Origin: Methanobacteriota archaeon
Lineage (GTDB): Archaea > Thermoplasmatota > Poseidoniia > Poseidoniales > Poseidoniaceae
Assembly (NCBI GenBank): GCA_018659375.1
Contig: JABJMO010000031.1
Coordinates: 39,233 to 103,232, forward strand
DNA length: 64,000 bases
Reading direction: 5' to 3'
The notes under the pieces are model-generated. The model was not told the DNA's origin. It worked only from the letters and a program-made list of their open reading frames with translations, and did no database searches. Position numbers and translations under genes: made by a program. Shown here piece after piece: positions 9,870 to 19,454 of the stretch; the first letter of the stretch is position 1, and the number at the start of each line of letters is the position of its first letter.

Positions 9870-10679
9870 TTAGAGAGTTGTCAAAATGTCCTGCCATTTC
9901 ATGGAAGAGCCTTTTCTAAAATAGTTTGAATGAAAGTCTCTTTGGCCGACATGATAATTTCGAATGATCTTCCCTCTACTATCATAGCATCCATACCTAG
10001 TATGGACTGGAACTATTACTTGGCTTATGTCAAATTTAGGACCGTTTTGGTCTGGTTCTACATCGTTGCAAATCTCGATATTGCCTTGCGAAGACATCGA
10101 TTCCATGGTTGGGTGCCTGAGTTCAGAGTCGAATTCCAACATGATTTCCCCTTCATTAGGCTTTACTGGCCGCCAATCGGTACTTGCGCCATTGCCCAGC
10201 CATTGTATCATTGACTTCATTTGCTGAACGGTAACAAAGCTAAGATGGGTCAATTCCCACCACCCCTTGGATCTAGCCATTGTGATGTGATGGATGCCCG
10301 GTTGAATCAAGCGTGAATCAAGACTGTCGGCATATGTGCGGCACAGGTCTCTAATCCTAACAGTAACCACTGGTATTATTCCAAGCCCAAGACGAGCTAA
10401 TTGAAACGGGTTTGCTAACTCTCCTAGGAGCAAAAGTGGTTTTCTATCAGTCATTGCAGTAGCAGCATTATTCCTCAAATGTTCGCTTAACTTTTCCTGT
10501 CCAAACATAGCATTGGCAACCGCCTCTTTGATGCCATCAATAGTCATCTCATGTTCGGTCATTTGCGGCAAATCAAGTGGATGAAATACTTGATTGGAAA
10601 CAATGAATGAACTTTTTGGCAACGGGTGAGGTGAATTGTTGGGAGTATATTGCCACATCGAGGCGTTCATCTTCTCCAT
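9870..10679 (-). CDS. Hypothetical protein (possible degenerate gamma-glutamylcyclotransferase-like fold)
   Basis: 269-aa ORF. PLLLLGELANPFQLARL...IPVVTVRIRD resembles the GGCT/AIG2-like N-terminal pattern. Weak. Confidence 0.55.
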   Translation of the reverse strand: MEKMNASMWQYTPNNSPHPLPKSSFIVSNQVFHPLDLPQMTEHEMTIDGIKEAVANAMFGQEKLSEHLRNNAATAMTDRKPLLLLGELANPFQLARLGLGIIPVVTVRIRDLCRTYADSLDSRLIQPGIHHITMARSKGWWELTHLSFVTVQQMKSMIQWLGNGASTDWRPVKPNEGEIMLEFDSELRHPTMESMSSQGNIEICNDVEPDQNGPKFDISQVIVPVHTRYGCYDSRGKIIRNYHVGQRDFHSNYFRKGSSMKWQDILTTL

Positions 10680-10716
10680 GTAGTGGCCTCCAAGTTTATG
10701 TTCTTGAATACGCCGA

Positions 10717-11067
10717 TTATTCAGTAAAGGTTGACTCGAGTTGACATTGTGGACAAGTTACCTTGATTGGTCGAATTGCTGGGATGCCTAATGCTGCTCC
10801 ACACCCTGGGCAATTAATTGCCTGGGTTACTTGTTGGCGCCGTTGTGAAGCATCTTGACTAGGGTCATACTCAAATCGATAATTACTAGTTGATGGTAGT
10901 GCGGTGTTAATGGGTTGTTGGCCTAGGGGTTGCTTGAGTGGCAACATTGCTAATATTTGGTCTGATGTTAGGCCATACTTCTTACCGATATTAACCGATT
11001 GTAAATTTCTCTCATGGTTTGATGCTGCCATAAGAAGCGTGTATTCCTCGGGAGAAATAATCGTCAT
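10717..11067 (-). CDS. Hypothetical protein with C-terminal zinc ribbon
   Basis: INCPGCGAAL...VTCPQCQ (two CxxC pairs). Confidence 0.75.
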   Translation of the reverse strand: MTIISPEEYTLLMAASNHERNLQSVNIGKKYGLTSDQILAMLPLKQPLGQQPINTALPSTSNYRFEYDPSQDASQRRQQVTQAINCPGCGAALGIPAIRPIKVTCPQCQLESTFTE

Positions 11068-11211
11068 AGTGTAATCGAAGTTATCTTTGTTTTAGAGCGT
11101 TTACCTGCTTTGAGTAATGGGTCAATTTGCAAAAACAGGGCAAATATATGATATATATATTGGAAGAGTTCAAAACAGATTGGAGTTGGCCACGGGTTAA
11201 GGGGCCTAGGG

Positions 11212-11694
11212 ATGAGTAGGACAAAAATGCGCAAAACAGCACGTGACAAATTGGAGAATATGACTCCACAAGAGCGGTCTAAGGCCGTTAGGAGTATCAG
11301 TTGTAGAGAAACTATGACTGATGCAAACTGGGTCTTTGCTAACGATACTATGGCGGATGTCCTAGATGATCTAACACAAAATAACTGGGACCACGTTTTC
11401 GTTGTTAACAAGGAAGGTGTCCCCATGGGGCGAATTCATGCAGTTGATGTACTGAAGATTGTCGCAAAAAAGAATGTTGAACGTTCGGTTGCTTGGATGT
11501 TGAGTGTACCAGCAAAGCAACTAATCAATTTACCACCACTGACTGTTAAATCAAATACCCCTTTACTAAAGGCTGGAGCGCTAATGCTAACTCATGACTT
11601 GAATCAGGTTGCAGTAGTTAACCAACAAGGAGTCTTGGTTGGTGTTGTCGGTCACAACACAATGGCTAAGAACTTACCACGCTTCATTCTGTGA
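11212..11694 (+). CDS. CBS-domain pair protein
   Basis: HVFVVNKEGVPMGRIHAVDV and QVAVVNQQGVLVGVV CBS signatures. Confidence 0.85.
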   Translation: MSRTKMRKTARDKLENMTPQERSKAVRSISCRETMTDANWVFANDTMADVLDDLTQNNWDHVFVVNKEGVPMGRIHAVDVLKIVAKKNVERSVAWMLSVPAKQLINLPPLTVKSNTPLLKAGALMLTHDLNQVAVVNQQGVLVGVVGHNTMAKNLPRFIL

Positions 11695-12813
11695 TTAAAT
11701 TCCCCAGTAGCGGTCTGACTGGGCTTGCTTAGCTTGTAATGTATTCTTGATGGTCGTGGCCATCCATAGAACAACTACCCAAATCAATGGATATGCCAAA
11801 TCTGTCAAAATTTGATTGACACTGAATTCATATGACTCACCATTAAGTACGTTAGTTGAGATTTGTAACGCTGAATCTACGAATGAATAAACTACCATAC
11901 CAAATATGCTCAATACGATTAAGCGACCAGAAGAAGAACCACGTCTAAGGCGTAAAAACATAAATCCTGCTGTCGAGGTTAAAAACGCAATAACTATCCA
12001 TGCTAGAGCTGCATGGGTAACCTCAAGCCACAATATCGAATTTGAGCTGTCAGTAACCAAATTTGTATAGGCGCGATACCCTTCCGCTACAGCAAATATT
12101 GCGCTGAACAAAGTAGCAGTCCACAATAATGAAGAAAACATTGCTGCGTCAGCGTTGTCTCGCATTTCCTGGATTACCCGGTTTACGGTTGTCTCGATTC
12201 CAGCACCCTTACTGAAAATATACAGCCCGGATACTAGCGGAAGGGCACCAATTACAATGCCGCCAATTTCTGCAGGTAGCATTATTCCAAGCCCCAATAT
12301 TGCCAATACAAGTCCAAAAGGAATCATGATTTTAGCCCGCCACTTAGGGTCCTCTAAGGCTTTAACAATGTAATAATAAGTGCCTTCGATACCTTTTGAT
12401 TGTTTGACTATTATTTTTTCAACATGGTCAATTCTTACTTGGGACTGGATGATTGGCAATACCGATTCGTCTTCAGCGCCATCGGTTACTAGAATTGCTT
12501 TATCTGGTTGAAATGTGGTAACTATTTCCTCAAGTTGGGCTGCAATTGCCCTATCAGAACGAATTCCAACTTTTTCATCACCAGTAAGGATGGCAATTTC
12601 AACCTCATCATCATCCCCAAGTGATTCTGAAAGGTTGTCGTGTTGTGACAATGCGCCTAAAATTGCATTTGTGTCGCTCTCTTCTGGATCGGCAATACCA
12701 AGTTTAAGTGCAGCAGTAAGCACTTGACGGCGTCCTACTACAGGGCCTCTGATAGCGGTTTTAATGCCTAGATCGTTATCACGATCGACTGTTAAAACTA
12801 GCGTTCGAGTCAT
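11695..12813 (-). CDS. DUF373 family membrane protein (archaeal)
   Basis: LVLTVDRDNDLG, DPEESDTN, VTDGAEDESVLPIIQS, VKQSKGIEGTYY, followed by TM helices. Confidence 0.88.
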   Translation of the reverse strand: MTRTLVLTVDRDNDLGIKTAIRGPVVGRRQVLTAALKLGIADPEESDTNAILGALSQHDNLSESLGDDDEVEIAILTGDEKVGIRSDRAIAAQLEEIVTTFQPDKAILVTDGAEDESVLPIIQSQVRIDHVEKIIVKQSKGIEGTYYYIVKALEDPKWRAKIMIPFGLVLAILGLGIMLPAEIGGIVIGALPLVSGLYIFSKGAGIETTVNRVIQEMRDNADAAMFSSLLWTATLFSAIFAVAEGYRAYTNLVTDSSNSILWLEVTHAALAWIVIAFLTSTAGFMFLRLRRGSSSGRLIVLSIFGMVVYSFVDSALQISTNVLNGESYEFSVNQILTDLAYPLIWVVVLWMATTIKNTLQAKQAQSDRYWGI

Positions 12814-12876
12814 AGAATTCACCGTTGGTTGTACATGCTAAACCGTCTTACAATTCAAATCCTTCGCGCGAATTGG

Positions 12877-14139
12877 TTATGAATCGGCAGGTTTTGCTAC
12901 GGAATCTTTTATTTCCGGTTGGTTGGTTTGCTCGCCATCAATTGGCGAGTCATCTGGTCGAACCTCAACTTCCACTTTACGGTTTTTTGCCTTCCAACGT
13001 TGTGTTGCCCTGATGTATTTTAGTGGATGGTCCATCCATGAGATATCGCATAACCGGTCGTCTCCCGGCAGCACGGGACAATTGTGATTTAATTTTAATT
13101 TACTACATCCAGCAGGCGTGTATGAGCCCTCATACACGTGTTTTACTTGATAGGAAGTTGTTGATTCTTTAAAATCGGGCGCTCCTTTGAAAAATCCAAC
13201 ACAGGATTCTTCGGGCAATGCTAAGGCTGCTGATATTGAAGCAAGGAATAATCGGCCAAAGTGGTTAACGTTTACTCCATTGGTTAATTCGGCAATTATG
13301 TTTCTCATGCATGGTGGCCAATCTGATTCTTCTGCCCCGACTAGCGCAATTGCCTCGCTAGCTTTGCTTGCCATTAGATTTCTAACCATCCCCACAGGTT
13401 CTGCAAGGCGCATGGCAAGTTCCATGTCGATATTTTTCATCTTTTCAAGTGCTTCTTGTTCTATGTGTTGCTTTATTCGCTCCCGGAGTAATCTTGCTAG
13501 TTTTGCTGATGAAGAATATTGTTGTTCATTGAATAGCGTTACTTTTCCTGCACTAACCTGATTATTTGCTAAGCGCCACCTTGAGCCAGTTATCTTGGGG
13601 CATATCTCAATAAAATCAGCAAGGCCAATTTTCCATATGCTGCCGTCTTGGCTTTGCCTAATTTTTCGTACACTTGCCCGATTACTTGATTGTAGAGGTG
13701 CAACTAATTGCTCATCTTTTTCAATTTGTGAAATAAATGTTTTAGCAATTTTTACCATATTTTCAGAATCTCTAGTTAGAATCTGTTCAGCGCGTGTTGC
13801 CTCAGCTTGTGCCCAACGTGAAATCAGTCGTTCATCTTCAGAGGCAAACACTACCAGACGAGCATAATAAAAGGAAAATGCTTCTATTATTCTGCCTTCT
13901 TCGGTAAAAATATCCCCGCCAACAACGGCAACTCCTTCCTTTGATTCAATCGAATCTATCAATCTGATGCGGGCCCTTTGTCTGGCTTTTTCCATCCACT
14001 GGCCTTCCAATAATTCCTCTAAATCTATTTCATGATCAAGGGCTAAATTTTGTATCCAAGATGAGGCCTGAGGAAGAAATGGATACCTAGCTAAAGTCAC
14101 AGCATCTTCTATTGAAGGGGTGACTTTTGGAGTCGGCAT
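12877..14139 (-). CDS. priL: DNA primase large subunit
   Basis: ARYPFL N-terminus. C-terminal Fe-S domain: WPPCM, NHFGRLFLAS, APDF...TSYQVKH, YTPAGCSKL, NCP, LCD, HPLKY (four Cys). Confidence 0.92.
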   Translation of the reverse strand: MPTPKVTPSIEDAVTLARYPFLPQASSWIQNLALDHEIDLEELLEGQWMEKARQRARIRLIDSIESKEGVAVVGGDIFTEEGRIIEAFSFYYARLVVFASEDERLISRWAQAEATRAEQILTRDSENMVKIAKTFISQIEKDEQLVAPLQSSNRASVRKIRQSQDGSIWKIGLADFIEICPKITGSRWRLANNQVSAGKVTLFNEQQYSSSAKLARLLRERIKQHIEQEALEKMKNIDMELAMRLAEPVGMVRNLMASKASEAIALVGAEESDWPPCMRNIIAELTNGVNVNHFGRLFLASISAALALPEESCVGFFKGAPDFKESTTSYQVKHVYEGSYTPAGCSKLKLNHNCPVLPGDDRLCDISWMDHPLKYIRATQRWKAKNRKVEVEVRPDDSPIDGEQTNQPEIKDSVAKPADS

Positions 14140-14215
14140 GAGGACTCGACATTCTAAGACCCATATCAATACCACCATGATAATGGTTCATTTGGTTGGT
14201 TCATCTGGCAGGGTT

Positions 14216-14965
14216 GTGAGTGAAGACTTAGCCCTGCCGTTAATACAAGTGCAGTCTGTAGTAAGAGATTACTTTGGTTGGGATTATAATGATGATTTGT
14301 CAAGTGCCAATCTAATGAGTAAATTGTTTTCGACTCAGCGTCCTTATGGTGTTGAAAAATGGTCACCAGAAATTCGAGAAATTAATAAAAATAATTTACA
14401 GAAAACCCTAACAGAAAGTAGTCAAGTTATCATTATCGGGGCGTCGGTAACTGACGAAGAACTGTCAACTGTTAACTTGCAAGGTAGCGCAATTATTGCG
14501 GCGGATGGGTCGGTTGGTGCAATTGCCAACCATCCCAACCTAGCCTGTGTAGTGACAGATTTTGATGGTAACCCTCATCTTGATGCAGTCGCCAAATGTG
14601 GCGTCCTGTTTGTCGCTCATGCACACGGAGATAACCAGCAACGATGGCAAAAAACGCTTGATAAATGGAACAGATATACGACTCAGCCGAGTCTAATACT
14701 GACTCACCAAGTCGATCAATTTGTAGACGGTTTGGTTAATTATGGCGGCTTTACTGATGGTGATCGTGCTGTGTGTCTAGCAATAGGGCTAGGAGTGAAA
14801 TTAGACTGCATAAAGCTCGTTGGATTTTCGACTGGGCAAATTGGCCAATGGTCAGGGAGTACCAATATCAACCAAAAAATGATGAAACTAGAGTGGATGT
14901 ACAAAATTATTGAGATGATTGGGCTAGAAGACCAGGTAGATATTAGCGCTTCTTCAGCGCTTTAA
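14216..14965 (+). CDS. mptE: 6-hydroxymethyl-7,8-dihydropterin pyrophosphokinase MptE-like (DUF115)
   Basis: IIAADGS, VVTDFDG, HAHGDN, NYGGFTDGDRA, LVGF, KMMKL. Start moved to GTG 14216 to remove the head-to-head overlap with priL. Confidence 0.82.
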   Translation: MSEDLALPLIQVQSVVRDYFGWDYNDDLSSANLMSKLFSTQRPYGVEKWSPEIREINKNNLQKTLTESSQVIIIGASVTDEELSTVNLQGSAIIAADGSVGAIANHPNLACVVTDFDGNPHLDAVAKCGVLFVAHAHGDNQQRWQKTLDKWNRYTTQPSLILTHQVDQFVDGLVNYGGFTDGDRAVCLAIGLGVKLDCIKLVGFSTGQIGQWSGSTNINQKMMKLEWMYKIIEMIGLEDQVDISASSAL

Positions 14966-16040
14966 GACGGTCACGCATGGCTCTTTTGCGGTCGTCTTGG
15001 GCTAGATTAATATCTTTCTCAAGTCTTCTGTTTAGCATATCTGCATCCCAAACGAGAACTTCACCCGCTTCGTTTCCAACAACAACGCGGTTATTGCTGG
15101 CCATGATATTGGTTATCTTACTACAATTCATTGCTGTGATTTGTTGCCCGCTATCACAGTAAATCACTTTCAGCGTCCCGTTTAACCCATCGAGCTGCGC
15201 GTACCATAATGTTTGGATGTTATTAATCTCAAAGCCGATTGCTTGAGCTGAAGTTTGAAGGTTTTTCATCGCCCATAATTTAGATTTATTATTATCAAAG
15301 GATTGGACTGAATGTTCGGCAACAACAATTAGGTTTTCTTGATTATCTATTAAAATCCCTTCAATTGATTCATCTGTTATACTAGTAATGTTATCATCGA
15401 TGGAAGATATATCTCCATTAGCATGACCAAACAGCGGCCTACTACCAATCAGTCCACCAAAGGTAACTGGTGAATTGGAGTCTAATTGTTGATAGTTTAA
15501 ATCTCCATCTTGATTGATCATTGCTATGCCCATTTTTGGCCTCCCAAGGCCTATAATTACCGCATTATTGTCGGGGAAAATAGTCCAGGGGCGCTCATCC
15601 ATGTGCTTGGTCCACAAGTGTTCTCCATCAAAGGAAAAACACCAAACTGCAGAATCGATAAAATCGTTGTGCTCTATATCGTAAACTGAGGAAGTAGCAT
15701 AAACACGTCCTCCGTGAATTACCACCTCATCAGCACTACCTTCAAGAGCAAATTGCCACATCAGCTCCCCGGAAGTTCGGCTCACTGCCACGATGTGTAG
15801 GCCTGCTGTGGCAAATACAAACTCTTGATTAGAAATAATGCATCCAACCCTGTCTGGCAACTTGGTTGACCAACTATTGTCTCCATCACAATCCCAATAT
15901 GACAACATACCGCTCCACCCACCAGCAATGATGTCGTTTGATTCATCAATTGATAATGATGACACGGGTTCACCCAGCAAACGGGTCATCCAACATGCGC
16001 CAATCATGTTCATTGAGCCTGTTAGGCTGTTAGAGGTCAT
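14943..16040 (-). CDS. PQQ-like/WD40-like beta-propeller repeat protein
   Basis: Trp-docking blade motifs (GDNSWS, SGELMWQ, GEHLWT, KLW) and VGNEAGEVLVWD. Basic C-terminal helix. Confidence 0.75.
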   Translation of the reverse strand: MTSNSLTGSMNMIGACWMTRLLGEPVSSLSIDESNDIIAGGWSGMLSYWDCDGDNSWSTKLPDRVGCIISNQEFVFATAGLHIVAVSRTSGELMWQFALEGSADEVVIHGGRVYATSSVYDIEHNDFIDSAVWCFSFDGEHLWTKHMDERPWTIFPDNNAVIIGLGRPKMGIAMINQDGDLNYQQLDSNSPVTFGGLIGSRPLFGHANGDISSIDDNITSITDESIEGILIDNQENLIVVAEHSVQSFDNNKSKLWAMKNLQTSAQAIGFEINNIQTLWYAQLDGLNGTLKVIYCDSGQQITAMNCSKITNIMASNNRVVVGNEAGEVLVWDADMLNRRLEKDINLAQDDRKRAMRDRLKALKKR

Positions 16041-16071
16041 AATACAGACGGAAGATTGCTCAAGGTTTTGC

Positions 16072-16959
16072 TTAATTGAGTGTACGACGTGGTTTACTGA
16101 TGGTAAAGGTTAGGATGAAGGCAACTAAACTAAACATACAGGCTGAATAATAATGCCCCATAGTAAAAAACGACAAAACTGAAGCTGTTCTGAGTAAGTG
16201 AACAGATCCTGTTTTCATCGACCAAATAGCGAAGCCTGATGCAATGACTGCCAAACTGACAAAACCAATGCCGATTGTCGAATAAATCATCGACGCCCCT
16301 GAATCCATAAGTGGGTGGTCCATTTGTTTGGCTGAATTATCAATTTCTCTAATTGTACAGTTTGTTGTACCATCGGCGCATAGCTGGTCAGCAAACGTCT
16401 CTTGAGAAGGGATTTTGAAATCAATACTGGTGAAACCTATAGGCTCAAATAGTGCTGGAGGAGATAGTAGTACTCGGTTAGAATAGCGATCTTTGAAGTC
16501 ATTTCTATCAACTATTATGTCGACTCGAGTAATGCCAGGATCTAGCAGTTCAATTTCAAAAAATCCATCGCCGCTCGTTTCAGTTGAACTAGTGTTCCAA
16601 TAATCGCCTTCATACCAAGAGATGTAGACTGTTGCATTGTCGATTGGGCCGCCTTGGTCATCATATACGTGGCCGTTAAAAATAGCAGATTCATCAGGTG
16701 CATTTTGAGCAAAGCGGAATACAAACTCATCTGGCCTTACAAGTCCTGATTCGGGTTGTGTGAAATCAAGTCCGTTAGCTAAGCCAAGTAAGCAAGTTAT
16801 GAGAACTAAAACTGCTATTGAGTGGCCTACCCTGGTTAGTTCGTTAACCTCAATGGTAAGCTTGCTTTCTGTTGTTGTAAACATCAAGTCGTTGACTGGT
16901 TCAACAAGCCCAGTCAACTCGTCGATATAGTCCGAATCCGACAGGTCGTCTTCGCCCAT
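16072..16959 (-). CDS. Membrane protein with carboxypeptidase-regulatory-like (transthyretin-like) extracellular domain
   Basis: One N-terminal TM, then GHVYDDQGGPIDNATV...TSGDGFFEIELLDPG, then C-terminal TM helices. Confidence 0.75.
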   Translation of the reverse strand: MGEDDLSDSDYIDELTGLVEPVNDLMFTTTESKLTIEVNELTRVGHSIAVLVLITCLLGLANGLDFTQPESGLVRPDEFVFRFAQNAPDESAIFNGHVYDDQGGPIDNATVYISWYEGDYWNTSSTETSGDGFFEIELLDPGITRVDIIVDRNDFKDRYSNRVLLSPPALFEPIGFTSIDFKIPSQETFADQLCADGTTNCTIREIDNSAKQMDHPLMDSGASMIYSTIGIGFVSLAVIASGFAIWSMKTGSVHLLRTASVLSFFTMGHYYSACMFSLVAFILTFTISKPRRTLN

Positions 16960-16979
16960 GAAATTGCTAGAACTTCTTC

Positions 16980-18359
16980 CTACTTGACTCCAATGCGTCC
17001 TTTAGAATTAGCAATAAGCCGAGCAAGAGATTGGTCGCTAATCCAAACTTGCATTGTGATTACTCCCTTTTTGTCTATTTTTTTGTCAATAATCATTGCA
17101 GCATCATATACATCTGCAACATACCCTTCAATATCTCTTCCCGTATCTGCTGGAACAAGTACTAAAGTTGCGGGTTGACCAAATAGCAAAGCCAGCATCT
17201 CATCTTGTAATTCGCTGATTCCAAGGTCTTGATGAACTGAAATAGACATCGGTTGGCCATAACCATAATCCATTGCCATGGCTTCTTTTTGCGCAAGTTC
17301 TTGGGGTTTTAAAGATTCGATCTTGGTTAAAACACACATTATTTTCCGCTCAGACAAGATTTCTTCTGTTTGATCCTCGCTAAGATACCTGGCATTAATT
17401 TCTCGTCTAGTTGCGGAAAGTTTTCTTTCAAATTCACTAATTTCGTCTGTCGCATCTACGAGTAATAGCAACATATCGCACTCTAAAGCCTCAGCAAGGG
17501 TGGCTCTAAATGCATCGAGGGTCGCGTTGGGTAAATTATCAATAAAACCAATCGTATCAGCAAGTAGTACTCTTGGACTAGCCGCAAGACGGCCTACCGT
17601 GGTCTCTAAAGTTGAAAATAGTTTATCTTCTACAAGCACTTCTTTCCCTGACATTTTGAGGAAAAAGCTAGATTTGCCTGCATTGGTATATCCGGCAATT
17701 CCCACTGTCACTGCGCCGCTTCTCATTCTTTGACGCCGTCTCTCTGCCTGAGCTTTTGAGTGCTTTTGCTGGCGTTTTCTTAAAGAGGTTAATTCGCGAT
17801 TAATGTTAGCAATTACTGCTTGCAATGCAGTCACACCGCCTCCACCATATCCGGCTCGCTCCCCGGTTGTTGTTTGATTAGCAAGTTCTCTAAGTACGGT
17901 CCTATCAGATTGTAATCTAGCGATTCTAACCTGCGTTCTTGCTTCTAGAGAGTTTGCGTGTGAGGTAAATAATGAAAGTAGTAATCGCACTCTATCCCAA
18001 ACTTCTACACCCGCAGCCTCACCCACAGCAACAAGTTGCCTTGGTGTTGCATTGGTGTGAATCAATACCAAATCGACTTTTGACCATGGGTGACCGTCAA
18101 CTCGTAATCTAAGTTCATCTGCTACATCTTGTAATCTGCCTTTACCGAAATAGCCCTTGGCATCAATTGAACCTGGCTGAATAATCTTCTCGACGATAAT
18201 TATCCCCATTGTTCCGGCCAACTGGCAAAATTCATTTGTGTCTTCTACACCTCTAACTAATAGCAATGCTCGGCGACCTTGGTGGTTGGTTCGCGCCTCA
18301 CCAAGTGATACACCCCCTGCTCCAGCAAGAACCTCGTAATTTGGTTCCTGCTTCGCCAT
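16980..18359 (-). CDS. hflX: GTPase HflX
   Basis: GKGRLQDV, WDRVRLLLSLF..HA.S.EARTQV, GYTNAGKSS (G1), DKLFSTLETT (G2), DTIGFI (G3), AFRATL, TKIE (G4). Start may be 18383. Confidence 0.93.
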   Translation of the reverse strand: MAKQEPNYEVLAGAGGVSLGEARTNHQGRRALLLVRGVEDTNEFCQLAGTMGIIIVEKIIQPGSIDAKGYFGKGRLQDVADELRLRVDGHPWSKVDLVLIHTNATPRQLVAVGEAAGVEVWDRVRLLLSLFTSHANSLEARTQVRIARLQSDRTVLRELANQTTTGERAGYGGGGVTALQAVIANINRELTSLRKRQQKHSKAQAERRRQRMRSGAVTVGIAGYTNAGKSSFFLKMSGKEVLVEDKLFSTLETTVGRLAASPRVLLADTIGFIDNLPNATLDAFRATLAEALECDMLLLLVDATDEISEFERKLSATRREINARYLSEDQTEEILSERKIMCVLTKIESLKPQELAQKEAMAMDYGYGQPMSISVHQDLGISELQDEMLALLFGQPATLVLVPADTGRDIEGYVADVYDAAMIIDKKIDKKGVITMQVWISDQSLARLIANSKGRIGVK

Positions 18360-18407
18360 ATTTGGTCCAAGAGTCATCCTCATATCAGCCCACCCCCTCG
18401 AAGAGCC

Positions 18408-18632
18408 ATGGTCGAATCATACACAGCCACTGTCCAATGGTCTGGAGACGCTGAGCTAGGCACGGTATTATTGGCTGCTGCTAGCCGTCCGGGTTGCTCG
18501 GCAAAATTAACTGAAAGTGATGGCGTTGCTGAATTAAAAATAGTAGTTGAAGATTCTTCAATACAATCTCTTAGAGACAGAGTTGACGAGTTAATGATCG
18601 CTTTGTCGGATATTGAGGAAAGTCGGCAATAA
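18408..18632 (+). CDS. KEOPS complex subunit Pcc1-like small protein
   Basis: 74 aa with a beta-alpha-beta-beta-alpha pattern. C-terminal LKIVVEDSSIQSLRDRVDELMIAL resembles the Pcc1 consensus. Confidence 0.5.
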   Translation: MVESYTATVQWSGDAELGTVLLAAASRPGCSAKLTESDGVAELKIVVEDSSIQSLRDRVDELMIALSDIEESRQ

Positions 18633-18634
18633 GT

Positions 18635-19411
18635 TCATTTTAGGTCTAATATAACTGGTGCATGATCGGAAATATCTAGGCCCCCTTGGCGCTCTATACG
18701 GACATCTTTGACTAGTTTATTGGCTGCTTGGTTGAGTAAGAAATAATCTATTCTCCAACCTCTATCTTTTGCCCTAGCCTGTCCACGGTTTGACCACCAA
18801 CTGTATTTCTGAACTCCATTGCCTACCTGCTCCCTAAACACGTCGTGCCACCCATCGTCTAATAATTGTGAAAACCACGCTCGCTCTTGCGGTAAGAAGC
18901 CGCTCATTTTGGCGTTGCCTTTGGGATTCCAAATATCGTCTTCAGTATGAGCGACATTGAGGTCTCCACAAACCACTACAGGTGTATCATACGCCAGATA
19001 TGGTTGCAGAAAATCACGCCATTCCGCCATCCATGTTTCTTTGAACTGTTGTCGTTCTTCACCACTCGAACCGCTGGGCAAATAGGTATTAATGCAGGTT
19101 ATTGCTCCATGTTTTGTAACAATTATTCTGCCTTCTGAATCATCTGGGTCTACCGCTGAGGGTTTACCGGTTTGAATTACTTCCATTGGACTGCGTGAAA
19201 TTGTTGCAACCCCAGAATAGCCTTTTTTTTCTGCGGTATGAAGGTGGTGAGCATAGCCTTCTGGCCATGACCAATTTTTGGGTAATTGTTCTGGCAGGGC
19301 TCTTACCTCTTGTAACATCCAAATATCTGCATCAATCGACTCAAAATATCCGTCAATACCCTTTCTTATGGCGGCTCTAATTCCGTTTACGTTCCACGAT
19401 ACTAGTCGCAT
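18635..19411 (-). CDS. xth: Exodeoxyribonuclease III (AP endonuclease)
   Basis: SWNVNGIRA, LQEV, GYSGVA, EGR, YLPSG, CGDLNVAH, SGFLPQER, YSWWS, GWRIDY, SDHAP. Confidence 0.96.
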   Translation of the reverse strand: MRLVSWNVNGIRAAIRKGIDGYFESIDADIWMLQEVRALPEQLPKNWSWPEGYAHHLHTAEKKGYSGVATISRSPMEVIQTGKPSAVDPDDSEGRIIVTKHGAITCINTYLPSGSSGEERQQFKETWMAEWRDFLQPYLAYDTPVVVCGDLNVAHTEDDIWNPKGNAKMSGFLPQERAWFSQLLDDGWHDVFREQVGNGVQKYSWWSNRGQARAKDRGWRIDYFLLNQAANKLVKDVRIERQGGLDISDHAPVILDLK

Positions 19412-19454
19412 AGTTTACCGGTCAAGCCGGCGGTGAATAACGATTTCATATCCG

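Noticed and set aside
11143..11161. AT dinucleotide run (ATATATGATATATATAT) as a microsatellite
   Set aside because: Short, and located between divergent genes where TATA elements are expected; not distinctive.
14120..14178. Apparent head-to-head overlap of the priL and mptE ORFs
   Set aside because: Disappears when downstream starts (14139 and about 14216) are used; an artefact of longest-ORF calling.
14943..16040. PQQ-dependent dehydrogenase linked to the PqqB-like gene
   Set aside because: Only generic propeller repeats, no signal peptide or quinoprotein catalytic motifs, and the two genes are about 17 kb apart.
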